Shown: positions 51,355 through 63,318, counted from the first letter of the stretch. The stretch: DNA of 64,000 nt from Hypanus sabinus (GCF_030144855.1 NC_082712.1:90148001-90212000), one strand, 5' to 3'. Program-made: numbers and translations. The notes: generated from the letters alone by a model not told the origin.

Positions 51355-52125
51355 GCAAGTGCCACACCTGCCCCTACAACTCATCCCTCACTACCATTCA
51401 GGGCTCCAAACAACCCTTCAAGGTAAGGGAACACTACACCTGAGTGTTGGTTAGGGTCGTCTACTGTATCCGGTGCTCCCAGCGTGGCCTGCACAATATC
51501 GGTGAGACCAGACGGAGATTGCGAGACCACTTTGCCGAGCGCCTATGCTCCATACAGCAGAAGAAGTGGGAGTCACCGGTGGCCGCCCATTTTAATTCCA
51601 CTTCCCATTCCCATTCCGAAGTGGCAGTCCATGGCTACTTCAGCTGCTGTGATGAGGCCACACTCAGGTTGGAGGAACACCTTATATTCTGGGTAGCCTC
51701 CAACCCAATGGCATGAACATTGGTTTCTCGAACTTCCGGTAATTGCCCCCACTTCACCGTTCTCCATTCTTATTTTCCTCTCTCTCTTACCTGCCCATCA
51801 CCTCCCTCTGGAGCTCCTCCCCCTTCCCTTTCTTCCATGGTCTTCTGTCCTCTCCCATCAGATTCCCCCTTCTCCAGCCCTGTATCTCTTTCACCAATTG
51901 ACCCCAACTCTTTACTTCACATTCCACCTCCTAAATTTGACCTATAACCTACTACATTGTATTTCTTCCTCCCTCCCCCCCCCTTCTTACTCTGACTTCA
52001 TCTTTTCTCTCAGTCCTGATGAAGGGTCTCGTCCTGAAACGTCGGCTGTTTACTCTGATGCTCCCTCACCTTCCTCCAGCATTTTGTGTGTATTGCTCTG
52101 ATTTCCACCATCTGCAGATTTTCTC
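51355..52125 (+). mobile_element. Penelope-like element 3' fragment (GIY-YIG and tail)
   Basis: VVYCIRCSQRGLHNIGETRRRLRDHFAERL...PVAAHFN. Confidence 0.9.
52011..52048 (+). ncRNA. Minimal type I hammerhead ribozyme motif
   Basis: CAGTC-CTGATGA-AGGGTCTCGTCCT-GAAACGTC-GGCTG: intact core, stem I CAGUC/GGCUG, palindromic ACGU stem III, GUC cleavage triplet. Confidence 0.75.
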
Positions 52126-52521
52126 TTGTTTGTGTTTATATCTGGTGGCAGACAAGTGAGTGGAGTCAACACCCCCTCTCCCGCCCCCATTCGCAAGACA
52201 AGAAGTTGTTTTGTAGCTCATCTGTCTTGTCTGTGCAGCTGTGTTACCTCTCTAAGGAATAGTTGTGGCCAGCACATTGAATCAGAATCAGGGTTTAATA
52301 ACACGTCGTGAAATTTGTTAACGTAGCGGCAGCAGTACAGTGCAATACATGATAAATATAGGAAAAAGATAAATCAGTTACTGTAATTATATATAAAATA
52401 TAGTTAACTCAAGCATTGTGCAGAAACAGAAATAATTTTTTAAAAAGTGAGATAGCATTTGTGTGTTCAATGTCCATTTAAAAATTGGATGGCAGAGGGG
52501 AAGAAGCTGTTTCTGAATCGT

Positions 52522-52524
<3 letters not shown>

Positions 52525-52556
<32 letters not shown>
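52525..52556. repeat. (TG)n microsatellite
   Basis: Direct reading. Confidence 0.95.
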
Positions 52557-52558
<2 letters not shown>

Positions 52559-53408
52559 CTCCTTCCTGATAGTAACAGAAGGCATGTCCTGGGTGATGAA
52601 GGTGCCTTTCTGAGGATGTCCTTGAAGATGTCTTGGATACTATGGAGGATGATACCATGATGGACCTGACTAATTCTACAATTTCCTGCAGTTTCTTTGT
52701 CCCCTGCCCCATACCAGACAGTGATGCTGTCTGTCAGTATGCTCTCTGCAGTGCATCTGCAGAAGTTTTCGAGTGTTTTAGGCGACAAACCAAATCTCCT
52801 CAAACTCCTAATGAAATAAAGCTGCTGTTTGTCTTTATAGCTATATCACTATGATGGGACTGGGTGAGATCCTCAGAGATATTGACACCCAGGAACTTGA
52901 AATTGCTCACTCTCTCCACATCTGATCCCTCTATGAGGATTGGTTTGTCTTCCCTCAACTTACCCTTTCTGTAGTCCACTATCAGCTCTTTGGTTGTACT
53001 GATGTTGAGACTCAGTTATGTAAACTTGCAGCTTAATTGGGAAAATACAGGATGTCATAAAGCTTTAGCAATATCCAGTTCTTTTAACCCTTTATTTTCT
53101 TTTTGTCATTTAACTTGCACAAGTGTCATCATGCCTATTTTGTAATGTAAATTCTGGAAAAATGGTGTGAATTTCAGTTTATTTTAACTTGTGCTTGTCT
53201 GTAATGTCCAGTGGTGCTTGCTACTGCAAAAGAAAACGATTCACATAGCATTTATACCCTGGGCATAAACTTAAACAATGGCGATTGCTTACAATAATAA
53301 ACTTAACTTATACCATGAACGATTTGTGAATGTCTTTTTGAAGGTAATCTCCCTCAGTTACATGATGTCCCTTGCTGCTTTAGTTTCAGGTCTAAGGTGT
53401 CTTCTTCT

Positions 53409-53457
53409 ATGCTGCTCTTGATTCAAGTGCTGTGTCTGAGTGCACTCGTCCATGATG
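53409..53457 (+). CDS. Leader exon of the IgV gene (MLLLIQVLCLSALVHD, phase 1); exon 53390-53457
   Basis: ctttagtttcag acceptor, hydrophobic leader, GATG|gtaaga donor, phase compatible with the V exon. Confidence 0.7.
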
Positions 53458-55269
53458 GTAAGAATCTGAACTACACCGGGGACAGGAGTCTGCCACACGG
53501 CTCTTCAAATCTTCCTCAATCCAAATGTATTGTGGTTATCCTCACCCTGATCACTATCCCTGTGTTCATTTATTTCTTATTGTGCCATGTCAAATGACGT
53601 AAGCAAAGATGATTGTCCTTGGCAAATTTTTCTACAGGAGCGGTTTGCCATTGCCTTTCTCTGGGCAGTGGCTTTACAAGACGGGTGACCCCCACCCATT
53701 ATCAATACTCTCCAGAGATTGTCAGTGATCACATAACCAGGACCTGTGATCTCCACTAGCTGCTCATACGACCATGCACCACCTGCTCCCATGGCTTCAT
53801 GTGACCCTGATCACAGGTGTGCGGGGGGTGGTCTAAGCAGGTGCTACACCTTGTCCAAGGGTGACCTGCAAGCTAGAGGAGGGAAGGAGTGCCTTACATC
53901 TCCTTTGGTATTGGCGTATCTCCACCCTGCCACCCAGCATCCCTATGTACCGTTGAGATTAAAAGAGGCCAAGAATCAGTCATAGACTTGATAACTTGGG
54001 ATCCTCTGCTGTATGTGATTATAATATTGCTAGCATTTGAGAAAAAGAACTCCTAATTTCTGCCTTAAATGAGTGATTCGTTATCCTGAGACCAGGTCTC
54101 CAGTGTCCGATTACTTCCTCTTGGGGAATGTACTCATAATGTCTATCCTGTAAAGCTTCTTCAGAACTTTGTTTTGCTGCCGTCAGGTTTTGTTCTTCTC
54201 TTGTTCTCTTGTTCATTTACACTACACGCTGCATCCGCAAAGCAAACAGCATTATGAAGAACCCCACGCACCCCTCATACAAACTCTTCTCCCTCCTGCT
54301 GTCTGGCAAAAGGCACCGAAGCATTCGGGCTCTCACGATCAGACTATGTAACAGTTTCTTCCCCCAAGCCATCAGACTCCTCAATACCCAGAGCCTGGAC
54401 TGACACCTTCCTGCCCTATTGTCTTGTTTATTATTTATTGTAATGCCTGCACTATTTTGTGCACTTTGTGCAATCCTGGATAGGTCTGTAGTCTAGTGTA
54501 GTTTTTTTCTGTGCTGTTTTTTACGTAGTTTAGTCTAGTTTTTGTACTGTGTCGTGTAACAACATGGTCCTGAAAAATGTGTCTCATTTTTACTATGTAC
54601 TGTACCAGCAGTTATAGTCGAAATGACAATAAAAAAAAGGTGACTCTGCTCCAAGTGCAGCAAGGAATCCTCCCTTCTTTGAGGAATTTGCTGTGTAGAT
54701 GGAGAAATGTTTATAATTTGGAGTCCAAGATTCTTTAGAATGGAACTTCGGCTGTCCTAATACTTGTCTCCAGTCTGAACTCTGACCTCCGCTCCCCCCC
54801 CCCCACCCTGGCCCAGCTCTCCCATACATCTTGCCCCTGTGACCGGCAGCTTGTTCTCCTTCCTCTCCCTCCACCCACCTTACTCTGGCTCCTGCCTCTT
54901 TCTTTTCCAGTTCTGGCGAAGGGTCCCAGCCCAAAACGTTGGCGATTTATTCCCCTCCGTGGATGGTCCCTGGCCTGCTGAGTCCTTCCAGGATTTTGTG
55001 TGTATTCCCACAGATTTCAAACAACTGCAGGGTCTCTTGAGTTCACAAACCTTGTGGATCTGTCCAACAGATGAGTTTTCTACATGTTTTTGGATCCTAC
55101 TAACACTATTGCTGTGTGCGGGATGGTGCAACGTCCACATTAGCTGCCGTATTTCCACCTTAAATTGACACTGCATCACTTAGGGATGGTCTGAACTTGT
55201 AACGGATTTTATTGAAATGCAAGTCCTGCTTTTTGTTTCTCATCACCCCCCTCCCACCACCACCTACAG

Positions 55270-55596
55270 TTCAACCGGAAGGCACCTCTACCACCCGAGC
55301 CAATTGTGGGAGCACCACGGTACTTGCCTGCCCCTTCACAGGTGAAGGAGAGGGAATGAGGGTAACCTGGCAGAAGAAGAAACCTCTGTTGGTGGTCTAC
55401 GTATCACATGGTGTGCCAAGCAGTCAGTACAGGAACCGGACGACAATGCAACTGGGATGGAGCAAAACGGGAGCAGCCAATCTGACTATCCACGACCTCA
55501 GAGTGACAGACTCGGGCACCTACGAGTGCAACATCCGTCTGAATCCAAAGACCAAAAGTGAAATTTACTCCACGGTAACCCTGGAGGTAGATCCAG
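55270..55596 (+). CDS. V-set immunoglobulin domain exon, B7/butyrophilin-like
   Basis: ctacag acceptor and CCAG|gtaaga donor, 327 nt, phase 1-1; B-strand Cys (VLACPF), C-strand Trp (VTWQK), QYRNRT, ANLTIHDLRVTDSGTYEC. Confidence 0.93.
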
Positions 55597-56149
55597 GTAA
55601 GAATTCAACCTTGGGTTCATAGGTTCTTGATTAGTAAGGGTGTCGTAGGTAATGGGAAGAAGACAGGAGAATAGAGTTGAGAGGGAAAATAAGTCAGCCA
55701 GGATTGAATGGCAGAGCAGAATCAATAGGGCTGAATGGCCTAATTCATCTCCTATGTTGTATGGTCTAACTCCTAAGTTGTACAAATGGGATGCACATGT
55801 AATGAATCTCGAAATGGTGTCGCTTCGGACTCGGACTGTAACACTGAAACAGCGATCTGCTTGTCTTCCCTCTTGCTGTGGGAAGGGTGACACCTCTCTC
55901 CCTTGTTATTGAGAGATGGAGAGCTTGTGGCAGATCGAAAGGCTGGCTGAACAATGGTTTTTATTGGACTCTCTTTGGGGTACTTGATGGGTGGTGGGTG
56001 CTGATGCTTCCTGCTGGAACTGGGGGGGGGGGAAGAGAGGCTTTGGAGTTCTAATGCGTTTCTCTCATTCATTCTTTGGTGTTTTCTGTTCTGTGGGTGT
56101 AAGCAAAGAGTAAGAATTTCAGGTTGTATGTTCTCCGATATTAAATGCA

Positions 56150-56435
56150 ATGAACTGTCTCACCCAGCCTATTGATCTTCCCCTCTCTCACAGTATCTCT
56201 TTCCTCTGTCACTCTCCCCCTTTCCCTATCTTTTTAAACCTCCACTCTCTCATTTTCTGCCCATCTCTAAATCTTTCTTCCTCTCTATCTATCTCTAGAT
56301 CATTTCCTGCCTCATCTTCTCTCTTCCTAAATCTCTTCCTCCCTCCCTCTCTACCTTTCACCCTCTTTCTCCCTTCCTCCTTCTCTTTCTAAACCTCTCT
56401 CTCCCTCTCTTGTTTGCTGTCTCTGTGTCCCGCAG
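56150..56435. repeat. CT-rich low-complexity tract
   Basis: Direct reading; ends in cccgcag. Confidence 0.85.
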
Positions 56436-56812
56436 TTTGGAAATTATTGCTCGCCCCTAACTGCCCCTGAGGAATGTGAGTGGTGGGGAGGGTGTAGGAA
56501 GGGTGAGCTGTGTCCATGAGGTGCGGCTGTCCTTCTGGTGAAGGTTCTGTCGGGGAGAGATTCCCGGTATCTGGACTCGGTGACGATGAAGCAACAGCGG
56601 GATACTTCAGCAGAGGGCGCGGGGGGTGGGAGCGAGAGAGGGCCAGAGAGGGAGAAACCTTGTGGTCAGCATCTACTGTCTGAGCTGTGCCCTCTTCTCG
56701 ATGCCATCATCAGTCAGGAGGTCTGAAAACCCACATCTCAGCTCAAGTTTCAAAATAGCTTCTGCCATCAGGTTCCTGAAACCACTTGCAAAACCATAAT
56801 TCCACCACGGAA

Positions 56813-59800
56813 TCCACTTCCCTCAATGTGTGCTAATGTCGTTAAGTTTATTTTTGTCTCACCCTGTACTATATGTTATGAATAGTTCATGTTTGTCACA
56901 ACCAGGGGCCGTGTTTTGGTCAGTTATTTCTGTGTCAGTTACTCTGTGGTTTGTATTTGCTCAGTATCAACCCGTGGGTCTGTGATGTCCTCGGATTGTT
57001 TCGCATTTATGTCTAATCGTTTGTCTTTGGACGAGCGCTGGGTCTTCACTGTGTGTTGCAGGTGTCTCATTTGGGATCATGGGGATTGTTAAACTCTTTG
57101 TTTTTAATCACTTTTATTCAAATTGGAATAATTTAATCAGTGCATTATTGTCGATGTCTGTCATTGTAGCTGCTGTCTTTGAGGATTATTGTTTTGTCTG
57201 GTCATCTGTGTTGTCTGAGTGGCCCTGAATTCCTACATGCTCCAGGGTGTATTTCAGGGAGGCTAGCCAATGCCTCTTTGTTGGGTCGTTGTGGTTCCTC
57301 GTCGGGTGAAAATCAGACCAAGTTCTTCTGCGAATCAGGAGTGTTTACAGCTCGTCAAGATTCTGTATAGTTTGCCCAAGCTCTCTTTAGATTTTCTAGT
57401 TAATTTCTGTGATAATTCTTTAGTTCGTTTGACTTGCTGAAGTCTCCGTGATTCCTGCACTTGAGTTCACAGTAGTTCTCATCCCTTCTCTGTTCATCAC
57501 TTTCCTCTGGTTCCCCTCCTCCAGCCCTTTCTTCCATAGTCCACTGTCCTCTCCAACTGGATTCCTTCTTCTTCAACCCTTTACCCCTTTCATCTAACCT
57601 CCCAGCTTCAAAACACTCCCCAGCCACCCCCGTTCCCCTCACCTGGTCTGACTTTTCGCCTGCCAGTTTCTACTCCTCTGCCCCTTCCTTTCCACTCCCA
57701 ATGAAGGATCTTGGCCCAAAACGTCGACAGTTTATTCCCCTCCATAGATGCTATCTGACCTGTATTTTGATGTGTTGCTCAAGATTTCCAGCATCTGCCA
57801 GAGCTCTTATGCCACGAAAATGGAACTTGGGCAAGAATCAGAAAAAAAATTGGAAATGGCCCAATTCAGGTCTATGTTTACACGTTCCCCCTCTCCATTT
57901 GGCAGTGTGGAGTGAATATTCGAGATACAGAGGGTTGAAGGTATTTCTGTCCCAAAAGCATGTCAATGTCCTGCGATTCCACCCCCCACCACATGGTGGT
58001 GCTGGCTGTTGGACGGTTCCCCTCGAGTTCACTCAGGAACTGCCTCGGGGTCACGATGCGCGGACACCGGGGATTGCCACTTGTTCTGTGAGTGGGCTGC
58101 ATTGTTGTAATTCAATGAAATCTTTCTTCAGAGTTCGCTAGTTCGGCAACTGGGGAACCCCAAGTGTTCCTACTCACTGCCTGGTGGCTGCAGCACAGAG
58201 TCCACTTCCCTCAATGTGTGCTAATGTCCTTAAGTTTATTTTTGTCTCACCCTGTACTATATGTTATGAATAGTTCATGTTTGTCACAACCAGGGGCCGT
58301 GTTTTGGTCAGTTATTTCTGTGTCAGTTACTCTGTGGTTTGTATTTGCTCAGTATCAACCCATGGGTCTGTGATGTCCTCGGATTGTTTCGCATTTATGT
58401 CTAATCGTTTGTCTTTGGACGAGCGCTGGGTCTTCACTGTGTGTTGCAGGTGTCTCATTTGTGATCATGGGGATTGTTAAGCTCTTTGTTTTTAATCACT
58501 TTTATTCAAATTGGAATAATTTAATCAGTGCATTATTGTCGATGTCTGTCATTGTAGCTGCTGTCTTTGAGGATTATTGTTTTGTCTGGTCATCTGTGTT
58601 GTCTGAGTGGCCCTGAATTCCTACATGCTCCAGGGTGTATTTCAGGGAGGCTAGCCAATGCCTCTTTGTTGGGTCGTTGTGGTTCCTCGTCGGGTGAAAA
58701 TCAGACCAAGTTCTTCTGCGAATCAGGAGTGTTTTCAGCTCGTCAAGATTCTGTATAGTTTGCCCAAGCTCTCTTTAGATTTTCTAGTTAATTTCTGTGA
58801 TAATTCTTTAGTTCGTTTGACTTGCTGAAGTCTCCGTGATTCCTGCACTTGAGTTCACAGTAGTTCTCATCCCTTCTCTGTTCATCACTTTCCTCTGGTT
58901 CCCCTCCTCCAGCCCTTTCTTCCATGGTCCACTGTCCTCTCCAACTGGATTCCTTCTTCTTCAACCCTTTACCCCTTTCATCTAACCTTCCAGCTTCAAA
59001 ACACTCCCCAGCCACCCCCCTTTCCCCTCACCTGGTCTGACTTTTCGCCTGCCAGTTTCTACTCCTCTGCCCCTTCCTTTCCACTCCCAATGAAGGAGCT
59101 CGGCCCAAAACGTCGACAGTTTATTCCCCTCCATAGATGCTATCTGACCTGTATTTTGATGTGTTGCTCAAGATTCCCAGCATCTGCCAGACCCCTTATG
59201 CCACGAAAATGGAACTTGGGCAAGAATCAGAAAAAAAATTGGAAGTGGCCCAATTCAGGTCTATGTTTACACGTTCCCCCTCTCCATTTGGCAGTGTGGA
59301 GTGAATATTCGAGATACAGGGGGTTGAAGGTATTTCTGTCCCAAAAGCATGTCAATGTCCTGCGATTCCACCCCCCACCACATGGTGGTGCTGGCTGTTG
59401 GACGGTTCCCCTCGAGTTCACTCAGGAACTGCCTCGGGGTCACGATGCGCGGACACCGGGGATTGCCACTTGTTCTGTGAGTGGGCTGCATTGTTGTAAT
59501 TCAATGAAATCTTTCTTCAGAGTTCGCTAGTTCGGCAACTGGGGAACCCCAAGTGTTCCTACTCACTGCCTGGTGGCTGCAGCACAGAGTCCACTTCCCT
59601 CAATGTGTGCTAATGTCGTTAAGTTTATTTTTGTCTCACCCTGTACTATATGTTATGAATAGTTCATGTTTGTCACAACCAGGGGCCGTGTTTTGGTCAG
59701 TTATTTCTGTGTCAGTTACTCTGTGGTTTGTATTTGCTCAGTATCAACCCGTGGGTCTGTGATGTCCTCGGATTGTTTCGCATTTATGTCTAATCGTTTG

Positions 59801-61300
59801 TCTTTGGACGAGCTCTGGGTCTTCACTGTGTGTTGCAGGTGTCTCATTTGGGATCGTGGGGATTGTTAAGCTCTTTGTTTTTAATCACTTTTATTCAAAT
59901 TGGAATAATTTAATCAGTGCATTATTGTCGATGTCTGTCATTGTAGCTGCTGTCTTTGAGGATTATTGTTTTGTCTGGTCATCTGTGTTGTCTGAGTGGC
60001 CCTGAATTCCTACATGCTCCAGGGTGTATTTCAGGGAGGCTAGCCAATGCCTCTTTGTTGGGTCGTTGTGGTTCCTCGTCGGGTGAAAATCAGACCAAGT
60101 TCTTCTGCGAATCAGGAGTGTTTTCAGCTCGTCAAGATTCTGTATAGTTTGCCCAAGCTCTCTTTAGATTTTCTAGTTAATTTCTGTGATAATTCTTTAG
60201 TTCGTTTGACTTGCTGAAGTCTCCGTGATTCCTGCACTTGAGTTCACAGTAGTTCTCATCCCTTCTCTGTTCATCACTTTCCTCTGGTTCCCCTCCTCCA
60301 GCCCTTTCTTCCATGGTCCACTGTCCTCTCCAACTGGATTCCTTCTTCTTCAACCCTTTACCCCTTTCATCTAACCTCCCAGCTTCAAAACACTCCCCAG
60401 CCACCCCCGTTCCCCTCACCTGGTCTGACTTTTCGCCTGCCAGTTTCTACTCCTCTGCCCCTTCCTTTCCACTCCCAATGAAGGATCTTGGCCCAAAACG
60501 TCGACAGTTTATTCCCCTCCATAGATGCTATCTGACCTGTATTTTGATGTGTTGCTCAAGATTTCCAGCATCTGCCAGACGCCTTATGCCACGAAAATGG
60601 AACTTGGGCAAGAATCAGAAAAAAAATTGGAAGTGGCCCAATTCAGGTCTATGTTTACACGTTCCCCCTCTCCATTTGGCAGTGTGGAGTGAATATTCGA
60701 GATACAGGGGGTTGAAGGTATTTCTGTCCCAAAAGCATATCAATGTCCTGCGATTCCACCCCCCACCACATGGTGGTGCTGGCTGTTGGACGGTTCCCCT
60801 CGAGTTCACTCAGGAACTGCCTCGGGGTCACGATGCGCGGACACCGGGGATTGCCACTTGTTCTGTGAGTGGGCTGCATTGTTGTAATTCAATGAAATCT
60901 TTCTTCAGAGTTCGCTAGTTCGGCAACTGGGGAACCCCAAGTGTTCCTACTCACTGCCTGGTGGCTGCAGCACAGAGTCCACTTCCCTCAATGTGTGCTA
61001 ATGTCGTTAAGTTTATTTTTGTCTCACCCTGTACTATATGTTATGAATAGTTCATGTTTGTCACAACCAGGGGCCGTGTTTTGGTCAGTTATTTCTGTGT
61101 CAGTTACTCTGTGGTTTGTATTTGCTCAGTATCAACCCATGGGTCTGTGATGTCCTCGGATTGTTTCGCATTTATGTCTAATCGTTTGTCTTTGGACGAG
61201 CTCTGGGTCTTCACTGTGTGTTGCAGGTGTCTCATTTGGGATCGTGGGGATTGTTAACCTCTCTATGTTTAATCACTTTTATTCAAATTGTGGTAGTTGA
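56813..61300. repeat. Tandem array, three full 1388-1389 bp units plus a partial fourth
   Basis: tccacttccctcaatg recurs at 56813, 58201, 59590, 60978; only scattered substitutions between units. Confidence 0.97.
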
Positions 61301-61498
61301 ATTAGCATGTTATTGTCAGTGTCTGGAATTCCTTCATGTGTATTTCGGGGGGGCATGCCACCCCCTCTTTTTTGTGTCACTGTGATTCCTTGTCATGTGA
61401 ATCTCAGACTGAGTTCTTCTGTGTATCGTTAGTGATTTCTATTCATCAGGATTCTGTACAGTTTGAGCTCCTGTTAGTTTTACTGGTTAGTTTACGTA

Positions 61499-62471
61499 CA
61501 GGTAGTCCCCGAATTACAAATGTCCTACTTACAACTCGTACTTACGAACCGAGGAAGGAGAACGCCATCCGCCATTTTAAGTTGGATTGCGATGCCATCC
61601 GCCATTTTAAGTCATTGCCGTTGGCACTGTGTTGAGTGTGTAACTTTGTATTTGGCTTAAATTTTTCTTAGGAAGATTCTCCCTGACTCCCACTCCTTTC
61701 CGGTTGGCTGGTGGCACAGTGAGATCAGCGCCGGGCTGGAGAACGGAGGTTCCCAAGTTCGATCAAGTGACAGTCCACTCCTGTGCTGGGTTGATGTTGT
61801 CCCAGTGACTCCCGTACCATCCGTGCTGGGTTGACGTCAAGCACGCAACACAACCTCGTAAAAAAAAAACCACTGCCACCTCTAGTTTAAATTCCCACAC
61901 AGAATATTGTGGAGGATCAAATACAGTACCCAAACCCAGCACAGCCCCCACTTGTCCCATTTAACCTGTCTCAGTGCAATGAACTTTCGGACCCGGGGAA
62001 ATTCAATGCAGTGGTCCTTAGGACCCAGCGGACCTCAGGAGCTGGCAGAACTCGGGACCGGCCTGCAGTGTTTCTGTTCCGTTGATGGGAAGTGATCACG
62101 ATTGAAAATAAAGTGGAAATAATAAAGCAATTGGAAAGAGTTGAAACGTCATTGGTCATTGTTAGGCTACAGTCGGTCAAAGATCTGAACAATTTTAAAG
62201 GATAAAGTGAGAATAATGGAGCATGTGAAAGGCCCTGCCCCTATGAAAGCTACAAATATTACTAAGCAATGCAGTGGTTTAATTATTGGAATAGATATGT
62301 TTCTTAAGGGTTTTATATGCATAGAAAGGTAAAATATATCCTATATACTAAGACAAACGTTTGACTAACTGATGCTAAATAATACTGGATGTATTTGTTC
62401 CAACTTACGTACAAATCCGACTTAAAGACGGACTCAGGAACGGAACTGGTACGTAACCCAGGGACTGCCTG
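61499..62471 (+). mobile_element. 973-bp non-autonomous Tigger/pogo-like element with internal tRNA-SINE-like segment
   Basis: TA TSDs; TIRs CAGGTAGTCCCCGAATTAC / GTAACCCAGGGACTGCCTG; A-box and B-box-like motifs at ~61710-61765. Confidence 0.88.
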
Positions 62472-63295
62472 TATTAAATCTTTAGTCTGGTTTGAATTGC
62501 CAAAGTCTCTGTGACTCCTGCGCTTGAGTTTGCCACTGATCCTCACAGTATGGTTCACCTGCCCATGTTGCCATGTTATAAGTGTTACTGTTTTGAAAAG
62601 CAGTTTCTGAAGCCAACTAAGGGATTAATTTGGACCTGGGGGAATAGTATCATGGTATCTTTGGGGCAGTCTCTCAGAAGTCTACATTCTGAATCCAACC
62701 AGAAAGCTGGTTAATACTCAACTTGGATAGATTACTGATCTTAAACTGTACTGTTAGTGAAAACGTGTGATTGGTGGTCAACATGCACTCAGTGGGCTGA
62801 AGGGCCTGTTTATTTATTTAGTTATAGAGAGCCCACCTTTCTTGCCCACTTTGTGGTTTGGTGTTGGCTTCTGGGCAGAGTCTTTACAAGACGGGTGACC
62901 CCGGCCATTATCAACACTCTTCAGAGCCTGTCTGCCTGGTGTCAGTGGTCACATAACCAGGACTTGTGATCTGCACCGGCTGCCCGTACGACCATTCACC
63001 ACCTGCTCCCAGGGCTTCATGTGATCCTGATCGGGGTGGGCGGGGAGGTGAGGTTTGTTAAGCAGGTGCTACGCCTTGCTCAAGGTTGACCTGCAGGTAA
63101 ATGGAGGCTACACCTCCACCCAATTACACCCATACCAGCAGTTAACCCTCTAAATCTTTGGAATGTGGGAGGAAACCGGATTTCCAGGAAGATGATACAA
63201 ACTCCTTACAGACAGCAGCAGGAATTGAAATCAGCATGCTGGCACTGTAATAACATTACGCTAACAGGTGCACAAGCCACGTTCTGTGTCTCCAG

Positions 63296-63318
63296 CTGAT
63301 AATGAAGGGCACACCAAG
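63296..63318 (+). CDS. Candidate 23-nt micro-exon (A-DNEGHTK, phase 1 to 0)
   Basis: CTAAC branch site at 63261, ttctgtgtctccag acceptor, AAG|gtaggc donor; open in the phase left by the V exon. Confidence 0.35.

Noticed and set aside
53278-53343. MAIAYNNKLNLYHERFVNVFLK with AAG|gtaatc
   Set aside because: Intron to 53390 would be 46 nt and the join gives an immediate stop
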